Origin: Polyangiaceae bacterium
GTDB lineage: Bacteria > Myxococcota_A > Polyangia > Polyangiales > Polyangiaceae
NCBI GenBank assembly: GCA_050287085.1
Contig: JBNKBE010000001.1
Location: 1 to 64,000 of the forward strand
Direction of reading: 5' to 3'
Length of the DNA: 64,000 nt
This document shows, piece after piece, positions 38,476 to 47,439 of this stretch (the first letter of the stretch is position 1; each line of letters opens with the position of its first letter). The notes under the pieces are model-generated. The model did no database searches. It saw only the letters and a program-made list of their open reading frames with translations, and had not been told where the DNA came from. The position numbers were made by a program, and so were the translations under genes.

Positions 38476-40953
38476 TCAGCCTTCTGCCGGGGACGCGAGC
38501 GCATCATCCGGCTCGCCCCCCTCCAGCGTGTCGTCGGTCGCTGTCCCTTCGGTCGCCGTCGCCAGGCCCCCAGCCAGCGGGACTCCGATGGCATCACCAT
38601 CGCTTGCATCCGTCGTCGAGCTCTCCCCCCTCGGAGCGAGTGGTTCGAGCGTTCCGTCCTGAAGATCGTCGCCAAGCCCAACGTCAGATGAAGGAGCGTC
38701 AAAATCCTCAACCGCCACGCTTTCCTGGAAGAGGTCCTCCCGACTGGCGCGCACGTCGCTAGCGCTCTCGTCGTCGGCGCTCTCGTCACTGGCGCTCGCG
38801 TCGTCGGCGCCCGCGTCGGATTCCGGCGGGGTCTCAACGGCGTCGGCGCTCACGTCGCTGGCGCTCACGTCGCTGGCGCTCGCGTCGTCGGCGCCCTCGT
38901 CGGATCCCGGCGGGGCCTCCACTTCGTCGGCGCCCTCGGCGTTGGCGCTCGCGTCGGATCCCGGCGGGGCCTCCACTTCGTCGGCGCTCACGTCGCTGGC
39001 GCTCGCGTCGTCGGCGCCCTCATCGCTGGCGCCCTCGTCTCCCTCCGCAATGGCTTCGCCTCCATCACCTGTTGGCAGCGGCGCACCCACTTCCGCTTCA
39101 AAGGTTTCCCGCGACTCCTTGGTGAGCTCGGTAAACTCCTTGAGCGAGGGAAGCTCTTTCAGCGATTCCAGGCTGAACAATTCGAGAAAGACCTCCGTCG
39201 TACCGTACAAGACGGGGCGCCCGGCTTCATCCTTCTTGCCCAAAACCTTCAGCAGATCTCGTTCCAACAGCCCCTTGATCACTTGCCCGGAATCAACACC
39301 CCGAATGTCATCGACTTCGGGACGCGTGATCGGCTGACGGTAGGCAATAATCGCAAGGGTCTCCAGCTGTGGCCGCGACAGTCGCACGGGACGCATCGCC
39401 AACATGCGCTGAACATACTCCGCATACTCCGGGTTGGAGCGCATCGACCACCCACCAGCGCTCTCGACCAGAATGATGCCGCGCCCAGCATACTCCTGCA
39501 GAAGTTCGTCGAACAGCTCACGAGTTCGCTTCTTATCAAGCCGCGCCGCGCGTCCCAGCTCCCGCAGTGTCAGAGCCTTGTCGGAGGTAAACAACACGGC
39601 CTCAAGCAATCCCTTGAGGAATCGCCGATCCGCGTCTTCGTCACTGCGGCCGCTGTCGTCACCGCCAGCGTCGTCTTCACCACTCGCCTCCTCGTCGCGG
39701 CCAGCGGCGTCTTCGCCACTCGCCTCCTCGTCGCGGCCAGCGTCGTCTTCACCACTCGCCTCCTCGTCGCGGGCAGCGGCGTCTTCACCCTCGTCGCGGC
39801 CAGCGGCGTCTTCGCCACTCGGAGTCGCTTGCGGAGCCGCGTCTTCGTTGGGCCCGGTCGCGTCGTGTCGCGCAGGCTCGGTGGGCGCTTCAGACGCTGA
39901 GACCTCGTCACTCCCTTGCGACGCGTCGGAACTCTTGCCCTTGCGGGCACGCCTTCCCTTCTTTCTAGCTCCTGCTTGGGCTCGCGCGGGTGCGTCCGCT
40001 TGTGCAAGGGACGCAGAGGAGTTCGAGCTGCTCGCATCTGGACCTATCCCCCCCGCGTCGAGTGATTGGGTAGCTTCCGCTTCTGGCGGCTCGCCCCCCG
40101 CGCGGTTACGGGACTTACTTCGCTCGCGACGCGCCGGTTTCTTCTTCCGAGGTGCCGTAGGCACCGCGAACGGGGAGTCCACGAAGCTCAGCTCGGCGTC
40201 TGCCGTCGCCATTTCTGAGGACACGCCTTCACGGGCTGCAACCCTAGAGCGAATAGCGTCCAGCGATACAACCGCTGCAGGCTCCGCTGCAGCCGACGCA
40301 GGTGCGGACTCAATCGTGCGTCGCAAAACCGCGGGCTTACGACGCTGCGGTCCCCCCTTTGCCTCCTTCGGGTTACTCGACCCCGCGGCGCGACGCGTCT
40401 GCGGGGCCCGCTTCTTGGTCGCCCCATTCATGGGGGGCCCGCTCTCCTTCTGGGACGGCGCGTCCACATCCGGCGGCGCGTCCACATCCGGCGGCGCGTC
40501 CACATCCGGCGGCGCGTCCACATCCGGTGGCGCTTCGCCCAGCGCTGGGCCACCGGAACGCGCAGCCCGCCGCATCACCCGCTCAGACGCCTGCGCCCCC
40601 CGCGCCTTCGGCTTTCCACGCCCCGTCTTCGCCTTGACATCAGCGCTGACGGTCGCAGTATCAGGGCCCGTCGCTGCATCGCTGATGACACCGGCACGCT
40701 TGGGTTTCGCTGCGCGCCTTCGAGTCGCGGCGGTGTCCCCCGACGCCTCTGCCTGGGGTTCTACCGCAGTCGCTTGCTTGCCCGCAGTCGCTTGCTTGCC
40801 CGCAGTCGCTTGCTTGCCCGCAGTCGCTTGCTTGCCCGCAGTCGCTTGCTTGCCCGCGACGGCGGGACTCCCGGTCGCACCCCTCGCTGGCTCAGTGCGC
40901 TTAGCCTTCGCCGACCGACTACTCTTCTTCTTGCTCTGAGCCATCTCGTTCAC
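38476..40953 (-). CDS. scpB: SMC-Scp complex subunit ScpB with very long low-complexity N- and C-extensions
   Basis: LEAVLF, LETLAIIAYRQPITRPEVDDIRGV, GRPVLYGTT..FLELF core at ~39130-39632; start 40953 or 40944. Confidence 0.88.
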   Translation of the reverse strand: MNEMAQSKKKSSRSAKAKRTEPARGATGSPAVAGKQATAGKQATAGKQATAGKQATAGKQATAVEPQAEASGDTAATRRRAAKPKRAGVISDAATGPDTATVSADVKAKTGRGKPKARGAQASERVMRRAARSGGPALGEAPPDVDAPPDVDAPPDVDAPPDVDAPSQKESGPPMNGATKKRAPQTRRAAGSSNPKEAKGGPQRRKPAVLRRTIESAPASAAAEPAAVVSLDAIRSRVAAREGVSSEMATADAELSFVDSPFAVPTAPRKKKPARRERSKSRNRAGGEPPEAEATQSLDAGGIGPDASSSNSSASLAQADAPARAQAGARKKGRRARKGKSSDASQGSDEVSASEAPTEPARHDATGPNEDAAPQATPSGEDAAGRDEGEDAAARDEEASGEDDAGRDEEASGEDAAGRDEEASGEDDAGGDDSGRSDEDADRRFLKGLLEAVLFTSDKALTLRELGRAARLDKKRTRELFDELLQEYAGRGIILVESAGGWSMRSNPEYAEYVQRMLAMRPVRLSRPQLETLAIIAYRQPITRPEVDDIRGVDSGQVIKGLLERDLLKVLGKKDEAGRPVLYGTTEVFLELFSLESLKELPSLKEFTELTKESRETFEAEVGAPLPTGDGGEAIAEGDEGASDEGADDASASDVSADEVEAPPGSDASANAEGADEVEAPPGSDEGADDASASDVSASDVSADAVETPPESDAGADDASASDESADDESASDVRASREDLFQESVAVEDFDAPSSDVGLGDDLQDGTLEPLAPRGESSTTDASDGDAIGVPLAGGLATATEGTATDDTLEGGEPDDALASPAEG
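40457..40533. repeat. In-frame 18-bp repeat x4 (APPDVD) in scpB
   Basis: GGCGCGTCCACATCCGGC tandem copies. Confidence 0.95.
40764..40857. repeat. In-frame 18-bp repeat x5 (AGKQAT) in scpB
   Basis: CCGCAGTCGCTTGCTTGC tandem copies. Confidence 0.95.
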
Positions 40954-42118
40954 TCGATACGATAGTGTCGTCCAGCTCTGGCGTGGACATCGCCTTCGCT
41001 TGTTGCGGCAAGGGGTCGCCTTCTTCTCCTACCTCCGACCGGACGTGCGCCTCGGTCGCTAGCGATGCAGGGGCTATTCGCTTAGCACCGGCCACCCTCG
41101 CCTCACCCTGCGCTCGGGCCGCCGCCAGCTCTACAGCACGGAAGCTCGCCCGCTGCACCTGCTGCTGCGCCTGCGCCAAGGGGTCGGGTGCGGGCTCCGC
41201 TCTCGCAGGCGGCGGTGAGGGAAAGGACTCTTCCATCTCGGCGCCCTGATGCAAGTCAAGCTCGCCGTCGAGGGTACGACCTGCCCGCACGCTTCGGCCC
41301 GCCGCGAGCACATCCTCGCCACTATCATCGTCCCCGACTGCGTCGAAGTCATCAGCCCCCACGGCAAGCTCGACGTAGATTGGCTCCAGGGGTCCCGCCT
41401 GGCTGATGTTGGTCATGCGCAACTTGGTCATCTCGAGCAAGGCCAAGAAGGTAACGATCATCTCCGCCCGCGAGACGTCCTTGTCGAAGAGCTCCTCGAA
41501 ACGAAGCCTAGGAACCCGCTGCAAGCGATCGCTGATCTCGCCGATCTTCTCACTGATCGTGATCCGCTCGAAGTCGATCTGATGATCCTGGCTGATCTTG
41601 GCACGCGTCAGGACCGCCTCGAAGGCATCCACCAACTTGAAAAGCGACAGCGGAGCGAGCGGGGGAGGTTCGATAGTCGCGTCGTTTGGCGCCCCTCTGG
41701 GAAAGATGTCTCGGCCGAGCACATCGCGACTGCCGAGCTGCTCTGCGGCATCTTTGTACTTCTGATACTCCAGCAAACGCCGAACCAACTCGGCTCGAGG
41801 ATCTTGTTCCTCCTCCAGCGTCTCTTCGTCTTCCTCCTGCTGGTTCGGATCCTGCGGCAGCAGCATGCGCGACTTGATGTATGCAAGGGTCGCTGCCATC
41901 ACCAGGTATTCAGCAGCCAGGTCAATGCTGAGCTGCTCCATCGCGCGCAAGTACTCGTTGTACTTCCTCGAGACAAAGCCGATCGGGATATCCAGAACGT
42001 CGAGCTCGTGCTTCTTGATCAGGTGCAACAGCAGATCGAGTGGGCCGTCGAAACTCGGCAACGTAACGCGGTACGCGTTGGCCCCAGCTTCCGCTACTTC
42101 GCCGTCCAACGCGCGCAC
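40919..42118 (-). CDS. scpA: Segregation and condensation protein ScpA with C-terminal extension
   Basis: FDGPLDLLLHLI, AAEYLVMAATL..KSRMLLP, LLEYQKYK, TFLALLEM. Confidence 0.93.
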   Translation of the reverse strand: MRALDGEVAEAGANAYRVTLPSFDGPLDLLLHLIKKHELDVLDIPIGFVSRKYNEYLRAMEQLSIDLAAEYLVMAATLAYIKSRMLLPQDPNQQEEDEETLEEEQDPRAELVRRLLEYQKYKDAAEQLGSRDVLGRDIFPRGAPNDATIEPPPLAPLSLFKLVDAFEAVLTRAKISQDHQIDFERITISEKIGEISDRLQRVPRLRFEELFDKDVSRAEMIVTFLALLEMTKLRMTNISQAGPLEPIYVELAVGADDFDAVGDDDSGEDVLAAGRSVRAGRTLDGELDLHQGAEMEESFPSPPPARAEPAPDPLAQAQQQVQRASFRAVELAAARAQGEARVAGAKRIAPASLATEAHVRSEVGEEGDPLPQQAKAMSTPELDDTIVSSERDGSEQEEE

Positions 42119-42174
42119 CTCGGCCTCCCGACCATCGGGTGCGCCCGTCGAACCTGCATTGGTGCCCTTCTGAC

Positions 42175-42822
42175 TCAGCTTGAAACTCCAAACGCCAGCG
42201 TCAACGCACGGCTCACGACCTGCACGGGCCAGGTAAACAGCACGTCACGGAGCGGCTGAAAGGAGAGCACCACCATGATGATGATGAACGAGAACGGAGC
42301 GACGGATGCTTTGAGATCGTCGAAAGAGCGCGGCAGGAGGTGACTGCCGTCCAGCGGCGGCAATGGCAACAGATTGAAGACGAAGAGGGCTACGTTGATG
42401 ACGAAGAACGTCTTGAGCAGTTCCAATACTCCACCGTCGAGGGCCGCCGGAGTGAAGCGGTCGAGACCGACGAGCAGAGCCAAACTGACGCTCGCGAGCA
42501 ACAGGTTTGACAGCGGCCCCGCCAGTGCCACGAGCCCCCCCCCGACGCGCATGCTGACCTTGCGCGTCATGCGCGCCGGCACGAACTGAACCGGTTTGGC
42601 CCAACCGATGAGTGCACCGCCGTACACCAGCGTCGCGACCAAGGGCACGATCAAGGTCCCCAACACATCGTAGTGAGCGAGGGGCGAGAGCGTGAGCCGT
42701 CCCTGGCGCCGCGGTGTATCGTCTCCCAGACGGTCGGCGGCGAGCGCATGCGCAAACTCATGCACCGCTAGAGAAAGCAGCATGGGGATCAGATTGAGGG
42801 CGATGAGACGAAGCTGATGCAC
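42175..42822 (-). CDS. Site-2 protease family (M50) membrane metalloprotease
   Basis: HEFAH, LGDDTP..GRLTL, GWAKPV, AGPLSN, FNLLPLPPLDG; GTG start inferred. Confidence 0.9.
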   Translation of the reverse strand: MHQLRLIALNLIPMLLSLAVHEFAHALAADRLGDDTPRRQGRLTLSPLAHYDVLGTLIVPLVATLVYGGALIGWAKPVQFVPARMTRKVSMRVGGGLVALAGPLSNLLLASVSLALLVGLDRFTPAALDGGVLELLKTFFVINVALFVFNLLPLPPLDGSHLLPRSFDDLKASVAPFSFIIIMVVLSFQPLRDVLFTWPVQVVSRALTLAFGVSS

Positions 42823-43046
42823 GGATGTTCTTACCAGGGAGCGCACTCTCAAGCCGACGACCCGGGGCGGGGGGCGACGGGGACAGGAGCGAGGCCGGGA
42901 ACCTAGTCCGATCCGATCGCGCGCGTCACCGCCAACAATCCTCCGCCTGGTGACAAATGGCTTCGACCCGGAAGCAGCCGCAGGATGGCCCCCAAAACTG
43001 CACACGTTATCCACACTGGCAAGCGTCGCGCACTGCAACGGGAGCG

Positions 43047-43784
43047 CTACGGCCCTTGACCCATGACGCGGACCAATCCCTCCCCAGCCAACGCCAGCAC
43101 GGCAAGCACGACAAGAGCGCGCAAGGGCGCGAGCGCCGGCTGAATAAACGCCGGAGCCGCGGCGCGGGCGATGAGGCCCCCGCAGATCTCCCACACCGCG
43201 GCTGCCACCAGCATCGGCGCTCCCAAGCCCACCGCCATTTGTATGGCTGCAACGAGCTGCACTGCGGCTCCCCGTAGCAGGGAAACGCCGTTGCCTGGCT
43301 CCAGGGAGCCCAATGCCGAGACCAGACGTTCAGGCCCGCCCAAGGCTAGAAACGAGGCGGCAGCGAGCAGCCCAAAGAGCCCCCCCAAGGCCGGACTATC
43401 CGACTGCAGCAAGGTAAAACGCGTGCTGCTACCCCCACGCAAATCACTGACCAAAGCGCCCGCATCCGTTGCCGCCCACAGCAGAGCAGCGCTAGCAATC
43501 GCAGTCGGCAACCCGAGAGCAAGGTCCTGAGCTAAGAGCCAGTACACGCCGAGCCTTTCCTCGGCACCCGTCGCTGTGAGCAACGGAGCCATCAGCCAAC
43601 CAAGCCCAAGTGCCAATGTGACTCGCGCCGCCACCGGCAACACGCGAGCCCCGAAGGCCGGGACGATCAAGACTGCTGGCAACGAGCGCGCCGTTCCTCG
43701 GGCCAGCGCCAGCAGATTGAGCTGCTCGCGGCTAGCCCAGGTGGATAGGAAGTCGAACCAGGGTTGAGCTGAGGTCACAGGCAT
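43047..43784 (-). CDS. FliR/SctT-like type III export-gate membrane protein (orphan)
   Basis: AR..P..IVPAFG..LPVAARV..LALGL, AGALVSDLRG, FLALGG, LGAP..GLIARAAP pattern; 245 aa hydrophobic. Confidence 0.7.
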   Translation of the reverse strand: MPVTSAQPWFDFLSTWASREQLNLLALARGTARSLPAVLIVPAFGARVLPVAARVTLALGLGWLMAPLLTATGAEERLGVYWLLAQDLALGLPTAIASAALLWAATDAGALVSDLRGGSSTRFTLLQSDSPALGGLFGLLAAASFLALGGPERLVSALGSLEPGNGVSLLRGAAVQLVAAIQMAVGLGAPMLVAAAVWEICGGLIARAAAPAFIQPALAPLRALVVLAVLALAGEGLVRVMGQGP

Positions 43785-44009
43785 GCCGAAGGAGGGCGCC
43801 GCCAGCCTTCAAGAGTCGCCCTCACCGGCAGAATGCCCGAGCCGAAGTGCGGCCACCAGCTCAACCCGGGCGTCTTCCGAGGCAGGCCGCCCGTCCGAAC
43901 GCCGCCCCGCGACCGCACGCTCTGGACGGGATTGCCCCCAACGCCTATTGCCGGTTGCCCGCGAAGGTTGCCGCCCTGCGCCGACGCCGGCGATGAGTTG
44001 AGACTTACC

Positions 44010-44840
44010 ATGCCGCTAAACCTTGAGAGTGTGGGAAAGCCCACGCAGCAGCACCGTTTCGAATTCGATTGGCAGACCCTGGCGCTCTACGCGCTCGGCA
44101 TCGGTGCCAGCGAGAATGAGCTGGACTACCTTTACGAAAAGCGGGGGCCGAAAGCCTACCCTACCTTCGCAATGGTGCCGAACTACCCGGTGATGAGCGA
44201 GCTCTTGGAGCTGAGTGGAGGCTCCTACGACAACCTGCTTCACGGCGCTCAGAAGGTCACCGTCCACGCCCCCCTTCCGAGCCATGGTGAATTGACCACC
44301 GTCGGACGCATTGACGGCATCTACGACGTTCGAGTGCTCGCCCAAGTCACACTCGTCACCGAGACGCACCTTGCGGGCGAGTTGATCTACTCGACCGAGT
44401 GGCAAATGTATTTCCGCGGAGAGGGGGGATTCGGCGGTTCGCGGCGACCCAAGGCCGCTCAACCCAAGACGCCTACTAGAGAGCCCGACTTCACGCTGAA
44501 CGAGTCGATTCCAAAGACCCAAGCGTTGCTCTACCGATTGTCGGGGGACCCCAACCCACTCCATGTCGATCCCGATGTGGCACGCGCAGCTGGCTTTGAA
44601 CAGGGGCCCATCCTGCACGGCCTATGCACCTTCGGCTACGCATGCCGCGCCATCGCTCGCGGCGCCGCCAATGGCAACGCGGCTCGCATTCGATCATTCT
44701 CGGCTGAATTCAAGAAGCCGGTGTGGCCGGGGGACGAATTGTCCACCCGCGGCTTCGTCGAAAGCGAACAGGTCGTAGTGGAGTGCCTGGCCAGCGGTCG
44801 CAAGGATGCGGTACTGCTGGGCTCAGCTGAACTTGGCTAG
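44010..44840 (+). CDS. MaoC-like double-hotdog enoyl-CoA hydratase
   Basis: LYALGIGA, LLHGAQ, GEGGFGG, LYRLSGDPNPLHVDP..PILHGLCTFG. Confidence 0.9.
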   Translation: MPLNLESVGKPTQQHRFEFDWQTLALYALGIGASENELDYLYEKRGPKAYPTFAMVPNYPVMSELLELSGGSYDNLLHGAQKVTVHAPLPSHGELTTVGRIDGIYDVRVLAQVTLVTETHLAGELIYSTEWQMYFRGEGGFGGSRRPKAAQPKTPTREPDFTLNESIPKTQALLYRLSGDPNPLHVDPDVARAAGFEQGPILHGLCTFGYACRAIARGAANGNAARIRSFSAEFKKPVWPGDELSTRGFVESEQVVVECLASGRKDAVLLGSAELG

Positions 44841-45988
44841 CCGCCCCCGCTCAAGACGGAACGCAGAATAGTCAGCCGCTGGGTACGATCAATCGAGACG
44901 GCGGCTCGCTGCTCGTCTTTTGCGTCGACGGGATAGGAGAATGGATCATCGCCAGCGGCAGCGATCCGACGCCCGCTTCTTCCCACCAGCCACGTTCCCG
45001 GACGACCTCCGAGAGGGAGGCGCAACTCAAAAGCGTTGAAAGGCATGTCCTTCAGCTTGTGGGCTCCCGGGGCTCGACGCAGGGTAGCTTCCACGTCCTT
45101 GGCCGCGCCTTCGTCGGCCGCTTCGGCCACCCAAATGGAATAGTGCTTGCCACCGTGCTCATAGAAGCCGAGCGCCCCCGAGCCAGCCCCTTGGATACCC
45201 AGAGAATCCCGCACGAATGCGCGTACCCCAAGCGGAACGCGCTGCTCCGCGGGCAACAGCCGCGCGGGCAGCGGCAGTTGTGCTTCACCGCGCATCTGCT
45301 CGCTGATTCTCTTTGCCAGAACCGGCACAACAGCATTCGCGGCCGCCCTGAGCCGATCCGGAGGTAGACGTTCGTCGCTGAAGGCCAGCTCAACCACGTT
45401 CGGCCCGCGACGCACATAAGCAACCCCAGCACCGACGGCGCCCTGTCCGGTCAGCTCCAGGTGCTCGGTGGTCAGTTCCCGAGGGCCGCTCTCGCCCAAG
45501 ACCCGGTGCGTGAAGAAGGCATAGGCGCCGCCATCGCTAGCGTAGGTGGAAACGGTGACGTCAATGACCCCCGAGCCCGACGACTGACGATAGCGGACGC
45601 TCGCCACCCGCCCGAGTCCATAGCTCTTGTACAACTCACATTCGCCGTTGAAGAGCTCCACGCAAACCGCATCAAGTGGGTGCGTCGCATTCTCTCCATA
45701 AACTCGAGCTTGATCGTTCGGATCGATGCAGTACTCGTTCAAGGTCTGGGGCAATAGACCGCGTAGAACTGGATCCGCCAGGGGAGCGTGCCGTTCAGCA
45801 CACAGGTCTGCTGACGTCGGCAACGACTCCGCAGGCGGCGCCTCACCTTTGGGCTCTTCGTCTCGACAGCCAAACCCCATGCCGCCCGCCAGCAAGACCC
45901 AGCCAAGCCGCCAGCTAGCCAAGGCGCGACCGCCCACATCTCGGGGACGAGGGCTCCGAAACGCCCCCCAACTACCTTTGGTTTGCAT
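44837..45988 (-). CDS. Hypothetical lipoprotein (DUF6599-like)
   Basis: GFGC lipobox; LFNGECELYKSYG and GAYAFFT motifs; start may be GTG 45937. Confidence 0.65.
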   Translation of the reverse strand: MQTKGSWGAFRSPRPRDVGGRALASWRLGWVLLAGGMGFGCRDEEPKGEAPPAESLPTSADLCAERHAPLADPVLRGLLPQTLNEYCIDPNDQARVYGENATHPLDAVCVELFNGECELYKSYGLGRVASVRYRQSSGSGVIDVTVSTYASDGGAYAFFTHRVLGESGPRELTTEHLELTGQGAVGAGVAYVRRGPNVVELAFSDERLPPDRLRAAANAVVPVLAKRISEQMRGEAQLPLPARLLPAEQRVPLGVRAFVRDSLGIQGAGSGALGFYEHGGKHYSIWVAEAADEGAAKDVEATLRRAPGAHKLKDMPFNAFELRLPLGGRPGTWLVGRSGRRIAAAGDDPFSYPVDAKDEQRAAVSIDRTQRLTILRSVLSGGG

Positions 45989-46175
45989 GCCCCTGCACCC
46001 TAGCAACACGGCTCGGGCGGCCTCCAGCATCGACGCATTTACCGGCCCATGGCTCGCAGGTCTGGGGCTACCGCGACTGCGCAATTGTTGCATAGTACCG
46101 CAACCAGGTGCGAGTCGGCGTTCCGGGTCTGAACTTCAACTACCTATAACAACTGGATATTTTCCGTGGCCACCC

Positions 46176-46191
46176 TGGCACTCGACTTGCA
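46176..46191 (+). promoter_or_regulatory. Sigma54 (-24/-12) promoter TGGCAC-TCGAC-TTGCA upstream of the minor pilin operon
   Basis: Exact match to TGGCAC-N5-TTGCW. Confidence 0.7.
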
Positions 46192-46204
46192 GCAGGAGTC
46201 TGCA

Positions 46205-46822
46205 ATGGCTTGTGTGCCGAACAAACAACAACGACGCGGCTTCACCCTCGTCGAGCTCATGGTCGTCGTCGTGTTGATCACGGTGATGAGTGCATTGAGC
46301 ATCCCCACCATCCGGCGCCAGCTGAGAGACCAGCGAACGCGAGAAGCCGCAGCACAAACCGCCGCGCTGTATCGCAACGCCAAACTGCAGGCGATGGCAC
46401 GCGGCGTCGCCGTCAATGTGCGCTTCAATGCAACAGGTCGTGGCTCCTACGTAGTGATGGTGGCACTGAGGCGAGCCGCCACGGCCGCCACCCCGCCGGT
46501 AGGAGCAGAGACGTGTACGGTCCCCAATTGGAACGGTGTGGCAAACACCGACTACCGCGTCGACGCGGACCTATACGGCACTTCGAAAGAAGACGTATTT
46601 CTTCGAATGGTGGACGAAAGCGCCACAGCTGTCGGAACGCTCGACGTCTGTGTGACCCCCATGGGGCGCACGTTCTTTCGTACCAACTTCGGAAACCCGT
46701 TCGTTCCTCTGACCGCCATTCATCGAGCGCGCATATTCCGCTCCGCCAATGGCACAACAGTCGAGGGTCTCGAACGCGGAGTACTGATCATGCCAAGTGG
46801 CATGGCGAGGACGGTACTGTGA
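46205..46822 (+). CDS. Type IV minor pilin, FimT/FimU-like
   Basis: RRG|FTLVELMVVVVLI prepilin site; AKLQAMARG. Confidence 0.85.
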   Translation: MACVPNKQQRRGFTLVELMVVVVLITVMSALSIPTIRRQLRDQRTREAAAQTAALYRNAKLQAMARGVAVNVRFNATGRGSYVVMVALRRAATAATPPVGAETCTVPNWNGVANTDYRVDADLYGTSKEDVFLRMVDESATAVGTLDVCVTPMGRTFFRTNFGNPFVPLTAIHRARIFRSANGTTVEGLERGVLIMPSGMARTVL

Positions 46823-47439
46823 AAGCGCGCGAACGTACCCTGGGCAGCCATCGAGGCTACACCGCCGTCGAGCTACTGATGGCCGTGGGTGTTTTTATGA
46901 TCGGGGTTGTGGGTATCGTCTCGATGCAGCGAGTCGCTATCGCCACCAATCAAGAATCGAAGAGCCTACAGCTCGCATCGCGTATCGCTGAGTCTTGGTT
47001 GGACGAGCTCACCGCCGAGTCCGCACAGTGGAACGACACGGGCGACTTCAACGAGACCGACTGGCTAATCAATGTCGGTCCCCAGGGCAGCGCAGCAGCG
47101 TGGTTTCGACCGGCCTACGTAGGAGCCCGAAACTGGGGAGCGGGCTTCAACGCCTTGGGCGATCCGGTTACCGAAGTAAACCTGGCTGCTGAAGCGCACT
47201 TCTGCACTCACCTGCGGCTTACCTGGCTAGAAGGGCAAGCGCGTACAGTCGCGGGTAACGGTCTCATCCGAGCTGAAGTGCGCGTCTTCTGGCGTCGCTC
47301 AGGCAACTCGGGCACGGTGCTGGCTCCGCTTGCCCACATCTGCAGCATCACCCCCAATACGTTTGCTGCAAGCGGCGGCGAAGAGCGCTACCACGTGATT
47401 AACCTGAGCACCACGTTGCGACAACACCAGGCGCTATGA
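46819..47439 (+). CDS. Type IV minor pilin, PilV-like
   Basis: GTGA overlap with previous gene; RG|YTAVELLMAVGVFMIGVVGI..Q. Confidence 0.8.
   Translation: MKARERTLGSHRGYTAVELLMAVGVFMIGVVGIVSMQRVAIATNQESKSLQLASRIAESWLDELTAESAQWNDTGDFNETDWLINVGPQGSAAAWFRPAYVGARNWGAGFNALGDPVTEVNLAAEAHFCTHLRLTWLEGQARTVAGNGLIRAEVRVFWRRSGNSGTVLAPLAHICSITPNTFAASGGEERYHVINLSTTLRQHQAL

Noticed and set aside
39434..40939. 501-aa plus-strand ORF
   Set aside because: Antisense shadow of the low-complexity scpB frame; no motifs
46210..46818. Long N-terminal extension of the PilV-like ORF
   Set aside because: Overlaps the FimU-like gene; the prepilin motif begins just after GTG 46819
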